From assembly GCF_009914755.1 (NCBI RefSeq), contig NC_060935.1: a DNA stretch of 64,000 nucleotides. The stretch is one strand, 5' to 3'. The stretch comes from the human T2T-CHM13v2.0 reference genome, Homo sapiens. Of this stretch, positions 1 through 12,499 are shown piece after piece. Each line of letters begins with the position of its first letter. Positions within the stretch are counted from its first letter, which is position 1. The notes beneath the pieces were generated by a model that made no database searches, was not told the origin of the DNA, and saw only the letters and a list, made by a program, of their open reading frames with translations. A program made the position numbers and the translations under genes.

Positions 1-36
1 GAACTTAAATACAGGTCAATTGAGATTATCCAGTAT

Positions 37-1259
37 TGTGTCCGGAATTGGTGGGTTCTTGGTCTTGCTGACTTCAAGAATGAAGCCGCAGACCTTCATG
101 ATGAGTGTTACAGTTCTTAAAGATGGTATGTCCGGAGTTTGTTCCTTCAGATATTCAGATGTGTCTGGAGTTTCTTCCTTCTGGTGGGTTCGTGGTCTCT
201 CTGGCTTCAGGAGTGAAGCTGCAGACCTTCGCGGTGAGTGTTACAGCTCTTAAAGGTAGCGCGTCTGGAGTTGTTCGTTCATTCCGGTGGGTTCGTGGTC
301 TCGCTGGCTTCAGGAGTGAAGCTGCAGACCTTTACGGTGAGTGTTACAGCTCATAAAGGCAGTGCAGACCCAAAGAGTGAGCAGCAGCAAGATTTATTGC
401 AAAGAGCGAGAGAACAAAGATTCCACAGTGTGGAAGGGGGCCCCAGCGGGTTGCCTCTGTTGGCTCAGGCATCATGCTTTTAGTCCCTTATCCGACCCTA
501 CCTACATCCTGCTGATTGGCCCATTTTACAGAGAGCTGATTGGTCCGTTTTACAGAGAACTGATTGGTCCATTTTGACAGGGTGCTGATTGGTGCATTTA
601 CAATCCCTGAGCTAGACAAAGAGTGCTAATTGGTGCATATACAATCCTCTGGCTAGACCTAAAAGTTCTCCAAGTCCCCAGGGGACTCAGGACCCCAGCT
701 GGCTTCCCTAGTGGATCCCTCACGTGCTGCGTGCCTGCACTCCTCAGCCCTTGGGTGATCGATGGGACTAGGCACCTCGGAACATGGGCAGCGCCTGTCG
801 TCAGGGGAGGCTCGGGCAGCGTGGGAGACCACAGGAGGGGGGACGCGTGGGGGAGGGGGCGTGGGGGGGAGGGGCACGGGGTGGTCGGGGAGGCTCGGTA
901 TGGCGGGCTGCAGGTCCCAAGCCCTGCCCAGCAGGGAGGCGACTGAGGCCCGGGGATAATTCAAGCTCGGTGCGGGCAGGCTGGCAGTGCTGGGGGACCC
1001 AGCTGCACCCTCCGCAGCTGCTGGCCTGGTTGCTAAGCCCCTCACTGCCCTGGGCCTGCGGCTCTGGCCAGCCACTCCCAGTGCAGGGCGCTCTGAGTCC
1101 ACGCCCACCCGGAACTCGCACTGGCCTGTGAGCGCCTGCGAGTGCCGCACGCAGCCCCAGTCCCTGCCTGCGCCTCTCCCTCCACACCTCCCCGCAAGCA
1201 GAGGGAGCCGGCCTATGAGGCACCGCGAGCGAGGACTGCCAGCACGCTGTCACCTCTCA
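37..1259 (-). mobile_element. Solo LTR12-family (ERV9) LTR
   Basis: Plus strand begins TGTGTCCGGAATTGGTGGGTTC and ends GCACGCTGTCACCTCTCA, the reverse complements of the LTR12 termini. 4-bp TSD GTAT at 33-36 and 1260-1263. Tandem ATTGG (CCAAT) repeats at 511-635 and three related U5-type repeats at 50-360. Confidence 0.95.
475..635 (-). promoter_or_regulatory. LTR12 U3 promoter/enhancer core (NF-Y CCAAT cluster, GATA site)
   Basis: Five (G/A)CT(G/A)ATTGG motifs at ~511, 535, 560, 584 and 625; CTTATC (GATAAG) near 488. The TATA-like AATAAA reads ACTAAA here. Activity is not shown by the sequence. Confidence 0.55.
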
Positions 1260-1745
1260 GTATGAAAAACAAAAGGAAGAAAAACAATGAGGAAAATTGA
1301 ACAGGTCCTTAGAGACCTGAGGGACATCATCAAGTGTACCAACATCTATAGGACTGAAGTTCTGGAAGGAAGAGAGAGAGAGAGAGCCAGTGCAAAATTA
1401 TTATTTGAAGATATAATGGCCTAAAACATTCCACATTTGATTTTAAAAATTAATGCGCCCTTCCAAGTTGCTCAATAAACTCTACATGGAATAAACCCAA
1501 AGACATGATACCAGATACATCACAATCAAACTACTAAAAGAAAAAGACAATAAAACATCATGAAAAGTACAAGAGAAATATGATTTATTACATAAAGGTA
1601 TCCTCAAAAAGATTAATAGCTGATATTTCATTAGAAATCAAGAAGACTTTAAGTCACTGAAATGACATAGTCAAAGCATTGAAAGAAAAAGACTGTTAAC
1701 CTAGAGTTTGACATTCAGCAAAACTATCTTTTAAAAGTGAAGAAA
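1260..1745 (+). mobile_element. Old L1M ORF1 fragment (continues 1-36; host of the LTR12)
   Basis: Joining 1-36 to 1264 onward gives L1M ORF1-like sequence (GAGATTATCCAGTATGA...AGAGACCTGAGGGACATCATCAAG...AAACTATCTTT). Confidence 0.8.
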
Positions 1746-2915
1746 CTTCAGTCTACCAAGATATAATAATACCATTTCTCCCAGGTTTTTCTCTTTACAA
1801 TTAAAAATGCCCTGGACATAACACAGTAAATAAACATTAAATGTCAGAAGTCTGCCTAAGTACCTAATTATTACCTGAGTACTCACTGCAAGAAACAAAA
1901 TTACAGTGAGTTTCCTGTTTTGTTTATTTCTTCCCATACATCCTTGAGAGGGCGCTGCAGAAGACACCAACACAAGTGGTAACAGGAATTGGGAAATAAA
2001 CAGCAGCAGCAATAACAACAACGAAACTACAAGAAAAACTCATTCCCTTTGTGAAAAACATGACCTAACAACAGAACACACATTTTTGACAATACTCATT
2101 TATATCTTTAGCCAAATCCTGGTTGAAAAATTTCATAACCTACTCTACACAGTTTCACTAGGCCTAACAACAAATTGATCTTCCACCCCACACCCTTCAC
2201 TTCCTATGGAAGCAAGTAGTGCAATCAATTCCTCTGCTGGATGGTGTTTGTAAGGTTAAAAGGGAGCTAATCATTCATCCCCTGGTGGGAGGAAGCAAAC
2301 AGTCCTTCTCTCCCCCCACTTGAGCAGTGTTAGCACTTTGAGCAGGGAGCTGCACCACCTGGGTGAAGCAGGCAGTGCTCTGATTCCTTTAGCAGGTAGT
2401 GTCAGTGTGGTCCATTGGCAAACTGAGACCCACTCCCACACACTAGCAGTAAGACTTAATGAGGTAATGAGAGATGGAACTAGTCACCATTAGGCTTCAC
2501 TCCCACTCCATGTCAATGAGGTTCAGTGAGACAGTGGAAGTTTCCCTTCCAAACCTCTCTGTCATCAACAAGGCTGAAAAAAGAGGAGCAAGACAGGACT
2601 AAAAATCACTTCACATTCCCCTTATCCCTAGTGTTATCAAGGCCCAGTGGGAGAAATAAAGACCCACATCAAATTGGTGGCAATGAGACTGAAACAGGAC
2701 TAATTGGACCCCCTATTTTCCCTTCCCCTGTTAGCAGGGCCAGTGGGGAGTACTGGCTCCACTTCCGCCTGACATCAGTGAATAAAAATACAGTGGTGTG
2801 ATTAGCATTCTTCTCTTCCTCCCTCTGCTATCAGCAATGTTCAGTAGGAACTTGAGACTTCACACTCACCTAGCACCAATAAGGAAAAATGAAATGGTGG
2901 TGAGAGGCAGGGTAT
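1746..2915 (+). mobile_element. Probable ancient L1M 5'UTR fragment with a degenerate ~110-bp internal array
   Basis: More GC-balanced than its flanks, with recurring GTGTYA...CAGTGGG units at ~2399, 2510, 2631, 2728 and 2829. Family assignment is tentative. Confidence 0.4.
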
Positions 2916-3069
2916 GGGATAGTACAAGGTACATTGTTTCGCACATTTGTAATATATGTGGCTTCTTTTGCCACAGTCCACATTTTTTTCCTGAAAAATA
3001 CCTGATGATATATAGAAGTGTGTGTATTTTGCACATATATTTATATATACACACATGCACATTCATTGA

Positions 3070-5520
3070 GGTCGTTCTACACTGTAAGATGTAAAGGTCT
3101 ATGGGTTTTGATAAGTGAATATTGTCATGTATCTACCATGAATTACCATATAGCATAGTTCCACCTCTCTGCTCTGTGCTTTACCTATTAAAGCCCATCC
3201 CTTGCTCCATTAACAACTCATTTGTTTACTGTCTTTAGGTTTGTCTTTCCCAGAATTTTATATAGAGAGTTATACAGCATGTAGCCTTTCCGATTGAGTT
3301 CTTTCATTTAGCAATATGCATTTAAGGTTTATTCATGCTTTTGAGTGACTTCAACAGTTATTACTTTTTATCACTGGATACTATTTCATTGTATGGATGC
3401 ACCACATATTTTAATCCATTCACACATTGAGGAATATCTCAGTTGTTTACAGTCTTTGGTAATTATGAATAAAATTCTTATAAACCTGTACATATATATT
3501 TTTGTGCAGATCTAAGTTTTTCTACTCACTTGTGTAAATACCTAGGAGTGCAAGTGCTGGATTATATGGTAAAAGTATGTTTAATTTTGTACAAAACTTC
3601 CAAACTGTATTCATGGTGGCTGTACCATTTTGCATTCCCACCAAAAGTGAGTAAGAGTTTCGGTTGTTGGGCGGGTGCGGTGGCTCATGCCTGTAATCCC
3701 AGCACTTTGGAAGGTCGAGGCAGGCAGATCACAAGGTCAGGAGATTGAGACCATCCTGGCTAACATGGTGAAACCCTGTCTCTACTAAAAATACAAAAAA
3801 AATTAGCCAGGCATGGTGGCAGGCGCCTGGAGTCCCAGCTACTCAGGAGGCTGAGGGAGGATAATGGCTGAACCCGGGAGGCAGAGCTTGCTGTGAGCTA
3901 AGATCGCACCACTGCACTCCAGCCTGGGCGATAGAGACTCCATCTCAACAAAAAAAAAAAAAAAAAAAAAGAGGTTCGGTTGTTCTGTTTTCTCCCAAGC
4001 AATTAGAATTGCCAGGTTGTTTTGTGTGTCTGTGTTGATTTTTGTTTTGTGTTATGTCTGTGTGTTTGGCCATTCTAATAGGTGTTTAGAGGTATCTCAT
4101 TATTGTTTTAATTTGCATCACCCTATGACATGATATTGAGCATATTTTCATATTATGATTGAAATTTGTGTATCTTATTTGTTGCGGTGTCTGTTCAGAT
4201 CTCTTTCCAATTTTTTAATTTGGTTGTTTGCTTTCTTGGTTGGGTCTTACAGTTATTTGAATGTTTTAATGCAAGCTCATTATCATAAAAGTGTTTTACA
4301 ATTATTTTATCCCTGTTCATGTCTTATTTTACTTTTTTATAGTATCTTTCACAGAGCAGACACTTTTACTTTAAAGAACATCCAACTTATCTATTTTTTT
4401 AATATAATGGATCATACTTTTGATGTTGTATTTTAAAATCATCATCAAACCCAAGGTCACCTGGATTTTCCCCTTTGTTTTCTTCTAGATGTTTCACAGT
4501 TTTGCATATTACATTTAGGTCTATGATCCATGTTGAGTTGAATTTGTAAAAGGTCTAAAGTCTATGTCTAGGTCCTTTTTTTTTGCATATTGATATCAAA
4601 TTCTAGCACCATTTGCTGAAAATATTTTTTCTGTTGTACTATCTTAGTGACTGTGAATAATAAGCTGACTGTATTTCTGCAGGTCTATTTCTGTGCTCTC
4701 TATTTGGTTTTATTAATATTTATGTCTTTGTTTTGACAATATAACACTGACTAGATTCATATGCCTTTATACCACATCTTCAAATTGGTAGTGTGTGTAC
4801 TCTAACATTGTACTTCTTTGTTATTGTGTTATTTTAGGTTCTTTCCTTTTCAAATAAAGTTTGAAATGAGCTTATAAATATCAACAAAACATCTTGTTGA
4901 TATTTTGAATTAGATTTTATTAAAATTGTAGATCAATTTTGGAAGCATGGGCATTTTGACAATATTGAGTCTTCTAATACATGACCTCAAATATCTCTTT
5001 TCTAATTTAGATCTTTAATGATATACATCCATGTTTTGTAGTTTTCTGCATATAAACTCCACACATATTTTGTTAGATTTATACCCCAAAATTTCAATAT
5101 TTGTTGTTGCAAATTGTGTTGTTGGACAATTAAATTGCTTCTACATAGACAATAATGTTATCTGTAAAGAAATACGTTTTTCTCATGTTACCAATATATA
5201 TACCTTTTATTTTCTTCTCTTGCGGACAAAATAGATCTTCCAGTACAATGTTGAATAAGAGTGGTGAGAGAAGATATTTTTAGAATTGAAGGAGCGCCAA
5301 ATATCCAGTCTGCTACCAGTGTTATGTAAGCTGTTTTTTTAATAACCTTGAGGAATTTATCTTTGTTCCTAGTTGTTTTACCTTGAATTGAAATTGTCAG
5401 TTCTTTTCTGCATTAATCAATATGATCATGTGATTTTTTTTTCTTTTTAGGCCTTTGCTATGGTGAATTACATAATTAATTTTCAAATATTGAGCCAGAT
5501 TTGCATACCTGGAATAAATT
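3070..5520 (-). mobile_element. L1MC-type element, 3'UTR and ORF2 3' part
   Basis: TCTATGGGTTTTGATAAGTG...TCTTTCATTTAGCAATATGCATTTAAGG matches the L1MC 3' end. ORF2 antisense motifs continue to TTTGCATACCTGGAATAAAT. Interrupted by an AluY. Confidence 0.85.
3669..3970 (+). mobile_element. AluY
   Basis: Full dimer with GAGACCATCCTGGCTAAC and GAGCTTG diagnostics and an A tail. TSD AAGAG(T/G)TTCGGTTGTT at 3653-3668 and 3969-3984. Confidence 0.95.
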
Positions 5521-6866
5521 AATTTATTTTAAAGAATTGAAAACTAACTGCACATTCTCATATTCATACCTATTAAGGTTCATCTTACTGAAAGCCTAAG
5601 TCTTTAAAATATTATTATTATTCATATATTTCTTATTATCCAGTGCATGTCATGTTTTATACAGCTTCAGCTTCATGCGTATGCCTTCTATATTCTTTTA
5701 AGTTATATTGAGTACGATAGAGGCTAAGGAAATCTTGAATTAACAGAATTCTTTTTTTGGTGCATTTTCTGTCACTTATTATGTGTATGAAATTAGAGAA
5801 GAATGTTATTCCACTAAACTTCAATATATGGAAAAATGTATTTGGTAAATATGAAGGATTCTATTAATTGTAACTGCTAGTCCTAATTATTTTTATAAAT
5901 CAGTTTTTAATTTTCTAATAATGCCTGAACATAACCTCCTACCTCATTTTTATCACCTTATTAACAATGATATCTGAATAAGACTTTACAATGCTTTGAA
6001 GTCACAATGCACTCGCTATGCAATTCCTTTGATCTCTCAATGAAGGATATAAAATGAATTTTACAAGATATATTCCTTATGAATTCTCACAAACCTTCGA
6101 TCTCTCGTTTTCTGTTTAATGTTTTGGATTGTTGTTGTTGTTGTTGTCACAAACCATCTCTTTAGTAATTTATGCCTACAATTAAAGTTAATAACTCATC
6201 CACCTAATAAGTTCAACATTTTCTTTTATAGTGGGAAGTTTTATATATTTATAATATCTTTTGAGTTTTCCTGCATTGCTTGTTTACATTTTGCTGAATC
6301 TGTCATAATGAATCAAGGATACTATTTCTGTAAAGATATTTTTGTTGTCAATGACATAGTAGTATATAAGAAGAGCTTTGTCAGAGGCTGAGCCAGAAAT
6401 TTGTAGAATATTTCTCTCTTTCGAATGTTTCAATCCTTCTTCCAGAAGTTTCATTGTTTTTTTCACTAACATAATTTCCAAGTGATCATTAAAATTACCT
6501 GACAAGGGTACTAGGGTTTCTCACATTTTGCCTTTATTACTTTTCCAATTTTCTGTCCCTTGAGAAATCATATTAAGTAGTTTAATCAGTGCTGTTTTAC
6601 TACTGGTTATAATCACCACAATAAAATCGCTCTTTATTTCAGATTCACTCCAAAAACTAACTAGATTTTTATTTTCCTTACTTCTTATTTTTACATCTTA
6701 TAGAGGATGCTAGGTCTTTTGTTTCAATGCATGTAATTATTTATATCAAGAAACTTATTCAGATAACAATGGACTAGAACGGAATATGCTATTATCCCCA
6801 CATATTACCGTTTAAGATATTTTGAAGAAAATATGCACACTCTCACAGACATTTACATTATCCATT

Positions 6867-6870
<4 letters not shown>

Positions 6871-6918
<48 letters not shown>
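6871..6918. repeat. (GA)24 microsatellite
   Basis: Pure GA run. Confidence 0.98.
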
Positions 6919-6920
<2 letters not shown>

Positions 6921-8141
6921 CTACCTTCTTATTCATTTCCTGCTGAAAGAATATCACTATTTTGATTTACTTTTTTGAGAGAAGAAACGTAATACTCTAC
7001 AAATAGGAAAAGAAAGTGTTTCTACCTCCAGTATGATTTCACTGTTACTAGGCTTTTCTATAGATGTACTGTGTGAAATATTTAAGATTTGAAGTTTAAA
7101 ATTTTATTTATTCTGTGACTGTTTTAAGCATAGACAAAGGATTGAAGCCATTTGAATGAAATTGTCTGTGTCTAATGCACTATATCTTTACTATAAAAGT
7201 CCCATTTTTGTTCACTTAATATGCCTAGCCTGTCACTAGGATGCACTTGGTATCTGTGAAATGCCATTTCTTGTCAATTTTGGCTTCATTGCCAGAGGAG
7301 AAATTACTATTTTCTTGTCTACAAGCCAGATGCTGTTTTGACATATTTTTAATGCAAATGCCCTTTATCTACTCCTATATATTTAAAAATAAGAAATTAC
7401 AAAAAGAAATGTTCTCCATACATCCCACTCCATCAAACTTCCATTCCTAAGCTACCTAGTGTTCTCTCCTCTGCCAAAAGTTAGCCTTTAAAACTGAATT
7501 CCTGTTTCAACCAACCCACTCATACTGCATTCTCTCATTGTATGTTTGGCTTATTAATTCTTGTAAATTGGTGAAACCTGAAATTGTACCATAATTGCTC
7601 CACACTTTTTTCAATCCACTCCACTAACCTTTTCCTTATCTTACTTATCCTATCTGTCATCCTGGAGATAAACTCAGCACTTGAACATTTTCAGAATTTT
7701 CCCAGTCTCTTCTCCCTATTTTTCTCTGAAGGATGGCTACAACCTCTGAATTTCACCAGTAACTATAAGCTCATATATCTAAAGTCTCACGTTCAGATCT
7801 TAGATTACCTCTCTCTTTGTAAATTGTAGGGAAGAGTGCTGAGAGATTTGGGATAGTTGAGCATACTGAAATCCATTTTCATGGTCAGGAATATGAAGAG
7901 GTAAGAGAGGACTGGAAAACAACTAATATGGCCACATGTCTAGACAAATAGTAGGGATAAGGAGACTCTTATAAGACCCATAAAATTTTCTGTAGTGTCA
8001 TTCTTCAACATTTTAAATTTCTTTATGTGTAAATTATACTAATCACAATCCTTTATTTTGACATAGTCCCATCAGTTTCTTCTTGGGCATGTTTTATTGT
8101 TGATTTTTATCCTTTCCTTTATTATTATTGTTTTTGACATC

Positions 8142-8625
8142 GTGTTGAGAGTGCCCAGGACCATCCCCATGTTTGATGATTTATTAGGAAGGTTCACAGG
8201 ACTTAGCATACAGAGGTCCTCTTGAATAGGATTTGTAAAAGGATGAAAAACACAATCAGCAAAGAAGAAAGCCACATGGAGCGAGCTCCAGAAGAAACCA
8301 ATTGCAAGCTTCCAAGGGTTGTCTCCTGTGACGTCGTGTAGGACATGCTTCATTCATCCAAATTCCAATTGTGACAATATGTGTGAAGTGTTGTCTACCA
8401 CAGAAGCTCTATTTAGAGACTCAGTGCCTGGGGAACATTTTGGGGGCTTGTCAAGTAGGCACCCTCCACCTCACAGGTTTCAAAATCCAGATTCCCAGAT
8501 GGAAGGCTGGTGTTCAGCAAAAACCACATTGAGGAGTCTAGACATAGTGTGCCACTCTCATCGCTTAGGGAAAGTATTATATCCGTGTTGGAAATTATTT
8601 AGAATTCATGTTCCCAAAATTCGGC
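8142..8625 (-). mobile_element. MER21/MER77-like LTR
   Basis: CCCAGGACCATCCCCATGTTTGATGATT, AATCAGCAAAG and GCAAGCTTCCAAG...GAGACTCAGTGCC resemble the MER21-group LTR. Confidence 0.75.
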
Positions 8626-8729
8626 AGAGGAAATTTTATGAGATTTTTTTGCCTGTTTGTTTTTCCAAACAAACAGAAATCTACCAAAGTTTATTTCAGA
8701 AAAGGAGAGTATGTTATTTTGAAACAAGC

Positions 8730-8910
8730 AAGGGCTTTGATGTCAGAATGACTTGATCTTGACTCCAAGGTTCTTCACTCCTTGTTTTGTGAAAATGAAC
8801 AAGTTATTTCACTACCTTAACCCTGCTTTGAGCCCCAGTTTCATCATGTAAAATATATAATAAAATTCACACCTTATTATTTTGTGCAAGCATTAAATAA
8901 AAATAAATAC
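8730..8910 (+). mobile_element. MIR
   Basis: GGGCTTTGATGTCAGA...AACAAGTTATT...GAGCCCCAGTTTCATCATGTAAAAT core. Confidence 0.65.
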
Positions 8911-10030
8911 GAGCAGTACAAAAGGAAAAGTTAAGTTTCCCTTTCTTTAATCTTCTACTTTGTTTCACTTCATTGTACTATTCTGGACATTTTTGTACCT
9001 AATTCTATTTCATAGTGAGAAAATGGGAAATAAAGAAAATCAAACAGAAAATTAAAAGAAACAGAATCAAATATCATTACCTTATAAAATGAATAATAGT
9101 AAAGCATATTTTAAAGACAGTATCTGATATGCAATTTTACAGAATATTAAAAATCATTATCACATTTACCCTGTCAGGACTGACACATCAGAAATAAAAC
9201 CTTTGCCATTTATATCATTATTGAAGAATTTCAAGATAGTAATTAAACTTGAATTTCTAAATTTCTTAAAAAATAGTAAAGCCAGCTATTTAATACAATC
9301 ACAATTTATTGAATACTTCACCAAAGAATATGTTTGGAGATCAGGAAATGAATAGGAAGATATTATAGGAAAACCTCAATAGTTAATAATTCACTCTTGC
9401 TCATTTTAAAGGCAACAAATCATGTGTTATTATGATAGCACTATTATAATTAAATCTAGAATTTTTATTTTATTTGAACAGGCCAAGTCCACTGTAGCTT
9501 TACTTTTCAGATGGTTGCTGTACATGAACTAAAGAGAAGCAAAACATGCAAAATTGCCATTGCCAAAAGGCAGTCCTTTGAGGGACCCATTTTGTTATTT
9601 AAGTCTTGCTTAGTTTGCATCAATCTGATGAATTCACAGCCTGAGATATTTGGCTGGAGGCCACGTTAGATAATATTTCAAAATTCTTCCGTCCAAGTTC
9701 TTTCTTTAACCTATTTAGCAGCAAGAAACCCAAAATTGTCTGCCCTACATATAATTAGAGGTTTGATCTCTGCATGAGCTTTCTATTTTAATTTTTCTTC
9801 TATTGTAGATGTTTTCTTTGATAAGTTTGTTTGAAAATTGCCATTATGTGGGTACCTGGAATCTTTATTAAATTTGGAGAATTCATGAGGTTGCTGGGAC
9901 TGTGCTTAATATTCTAGGGCAAATCAACCCATAAATAAATCAAAAGAGAACTAATTATTAAGAATGTATATTACAAGAATGTATATTACTTCTGCTGGCT
10001 ATGAAAAGAAGAAAAATAATTCAAAAACAA

Positions 10031-10031
<1 letters not shown>

Positions 10032-10074
<43 letters not shown>
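10032..10074. repeat. (TG)n microsatellite
   Basis: About 21 pure TG units. Confidence 0.98.
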
Positions 10075-10076
<2 letters not shown>

Positions 10077-10138
10077 TGACCTTGGCCCTGCTGGTCTGTA
10101 ATTTCCTTTCCTTATAAGTGAGTTATTGGGAATGATGT

Positions 10139-10542
10139 TGTAGTAGTCAGTTGCTAGGATGGCGCCCAATGGTCTCTCCTTCCTGGTATTCATACCTTCT
10201 GTATTCGCCTTCCGCATTGCGCTGACAACATAAGCCTGAAGTTAGGCCATCATTTACAAGATTAGCGCAATTTTAAGGTGCAGTTTTCATTACAAGCACG
10301 TGCTCACTTTCTCTCTCTTTTGGTCTTGCTATGGAATCACTTGCTCTGTGAGAGATTCATGTGGGAGGAATTGAAACCTCCTGCCAAAACCACATGCATG
10401 AACTTGGAAAAAGAACTTCAGGCCCCCCGTCATGTCTTTAAAGACTACTGTCCCTGTCAACAGCTTTTCTACAACCTAATGAAAAACACTAAGCTAAAAA
10501 AACAGCTAAGCTGTCCCTAGGTACCAGAAAAATGTGGAAAAC

Positions 10543-10577
<35 letters not shown>

Positions 10578-10655
10578 AAAGAAAGCTGATAATGAAACGC
10601 TCAAGGGTTTCTATTACGTATTTTTTACACAAGTGATCACAATGACAGATATGCA
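10139..10655 (+). mobile_element. MLT1F-like MaLR LTR with internal poly-A (10544-10576)
   Basis: GATGGCGCCCAATG...CCTGGTATTCATACC, TCACTTGCTCTG and GAAACCTCCTGCCAA...CAGCTAAGCTG motifs. Confidence 0.75.
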
Positions 10656-11376
10656 TAAACATGTATTCTTGAGAGCCTGAGTGGTAGAAATATGTCCCCT
10701 GACACAAATAGGGAATTCTCTTTGGTTGTATATTTTACTTTTTATAGCACATGGGAAACTTTTATTGAACTTAATGATATATAATGATTGGATTTAACAA
10801 ATGTGAATTATTTTGTCGTTAAATTACATGCTTTTTCTCCTTCCAAAATATAATTTAAATGTACATTTCCGAAGCTAGAACAAATGTTTATCCTTTTGCT
10901 TAGAACTGATGGATGCTGTACCTCAGATAGAAATTTTATGGTATAAAAGATTATAAGGTGAAATATTTGCCAGTATCCTAATACCCAAGTTTCACATCTC
11001 TGATCATTGCAGAGTATTCATTCTGACTCACAGCAACTCTGTAAAACTTTGTTTCCCCTTCAGTGTAGTTCAAAAAAATATGGCCTTATAGCTCTTTCTT
11101 TCTCTTTCCCTTTCTTTCCCTTCCTTCCTTCCTCTCTCTCTTTTCTTCTTTCTTTTCTTTCTTTCTCTTTTTTCTCTTTCGCACATACATATACATTCCC
11201 AAGTGTCAATGTTACATATTAAATATTTTTTACAAGCTTAAAATGTTAGCATTATAAATACAGAACAATGATTTTATTGATGGCAATTAAAAAAAAAACT
11301 AGCTAAGAAAATGACAGCTGAGGATTTTCTTAGGACTTTGTCTGTCCTGCTCAGAATTACTAATAAAACTTATTGT

Positions 11377-11794
11377 AGCACAAAGAAACACTTATCAGGC
11401 CTCAAAAATAGCAATTTGTGTTTAATGGGGCCTTTAGAATTCTAATACCAGGATTAGATTAAATTAATAGGGAAAGCTGTTCCAGGCACTTCAGTGACTA
11501 TTAAATAGTTGGCAAATTTTGTTATGGATACCTTCAGGGAAACAGACAGGAATTTAAGGCCTGATTATAGAAAACATGCACAATCAAACAACTCTTGAAT
11601 ATTTGCTTGTAGCTCAAGAAGGACAATGGGCGATAATCAATCAAAGTAGCTCTGTCTTCGTAGTTCAAGATGAGGGCATTAAAACCAATATAAATGCAAC
11701 CCAGGCTGCAATAAACCTCTTGAGGGTTATCATAATCATCAACTGGGTGTCTTTTAGGCCCGTCATAGATCCAGCAAAGGCAACCAAACCTTAG
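11377..11794 (+). pseudogene. Decayed ERV env remnant (SU/TM junction and TM ectodomain, gamma-type)
   Basis: In order: STKK (furin-like), AFRILIPGL (fusion-peptide-like), KAV..SVTI.*LAN (heptad), then HNQTTLEYLLVAQEGQWAIINQSSS, matching ISU-domain plus CX6CC spacing. Stops and frameshifts are present. Confidence 0.65.
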
Positions 11795-12499
11795 AGATCA
11801 GTAAGGTATAGCCTGGTAGTTTTATGACCAGAATTCTGCTTTCTGGCAATAAAGTGCTAATATAAAATTGTCTTCCAGATGTGCAGATTAAACCCTACCA
11901 GAGAGTATTACAAATTAATGTTACTAAACATAATATTGTGAATATACCATATATACAGCTATAATTGGCAGTGATACATGTGGATAATGGTGTTGGGGTG
12001 AGGAATTCCCCTCACAAAAATGGCCAGAGAATCAAAATTCCAAAGTACTAGTTACCTTGAATAATTACTCTTTCCTAAATTAAACTGACACTGATTATAT
12101 ACTTTAACACACTTTTAGGATTCCATCAACTCATAAAACACATGAACTGTTTGTTTGGCTGATTAAGTCATGTATTACACAATCAATCAGTGTAACGACT
12201 GACACTATCCTGTCCTGTTGCAATACAGACATAAAGCCTTTGCTATTAAAATAGTTTCCAGAATGGATAGAACTTTTTTTTTCCAGTGTATTTTTCAGTA
12301 TGTTTTGCTAATTGATTTCATTGCTCTACATCTGAATTTCTTACTTCCTTCTTCTGCTATGTTTCCTTCTGTGTCAGTGAATATTCTAGTAACGGTTTCA
12401 GAGGAGATTGTTCAGTTAATAATTTTCTTGGGCCTTACACAATTGAAAAAATCAATTTTTTTAGTTTCTCACACGTAGTTTATGATTTTACATAATTCT

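Noticed and set aside
50-635. Regular direct repeats resembling a CRISPR-like array
   Set aside because: These are the known U5 and U3 repeats of LTR12; there are no unique spacers and the context is eukaryotic.
20-1265. Cluster of overlapping 65-163 aa ORFs
   Set aside because: All lie in the GC-rich LTR12, where stop codons are scarce; no protein family resemblance.
6284-6505. Minus-strand ORF with protein-like composition (possible transposase or pseudogene relic)
   Set aside because: No recognisable motif, TIR, poly-A or TSD; cannot be supported without a translated search.
8319-8756. 145-aa ORF
   Set aside because: Lies largely within a MER21-like LTR; non-ATG start and no domain similarity.
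9960-9989. 15-bp tandem duplication AAGAATGTATATTAC
   Set aside because: Ordinary slippage duplication.
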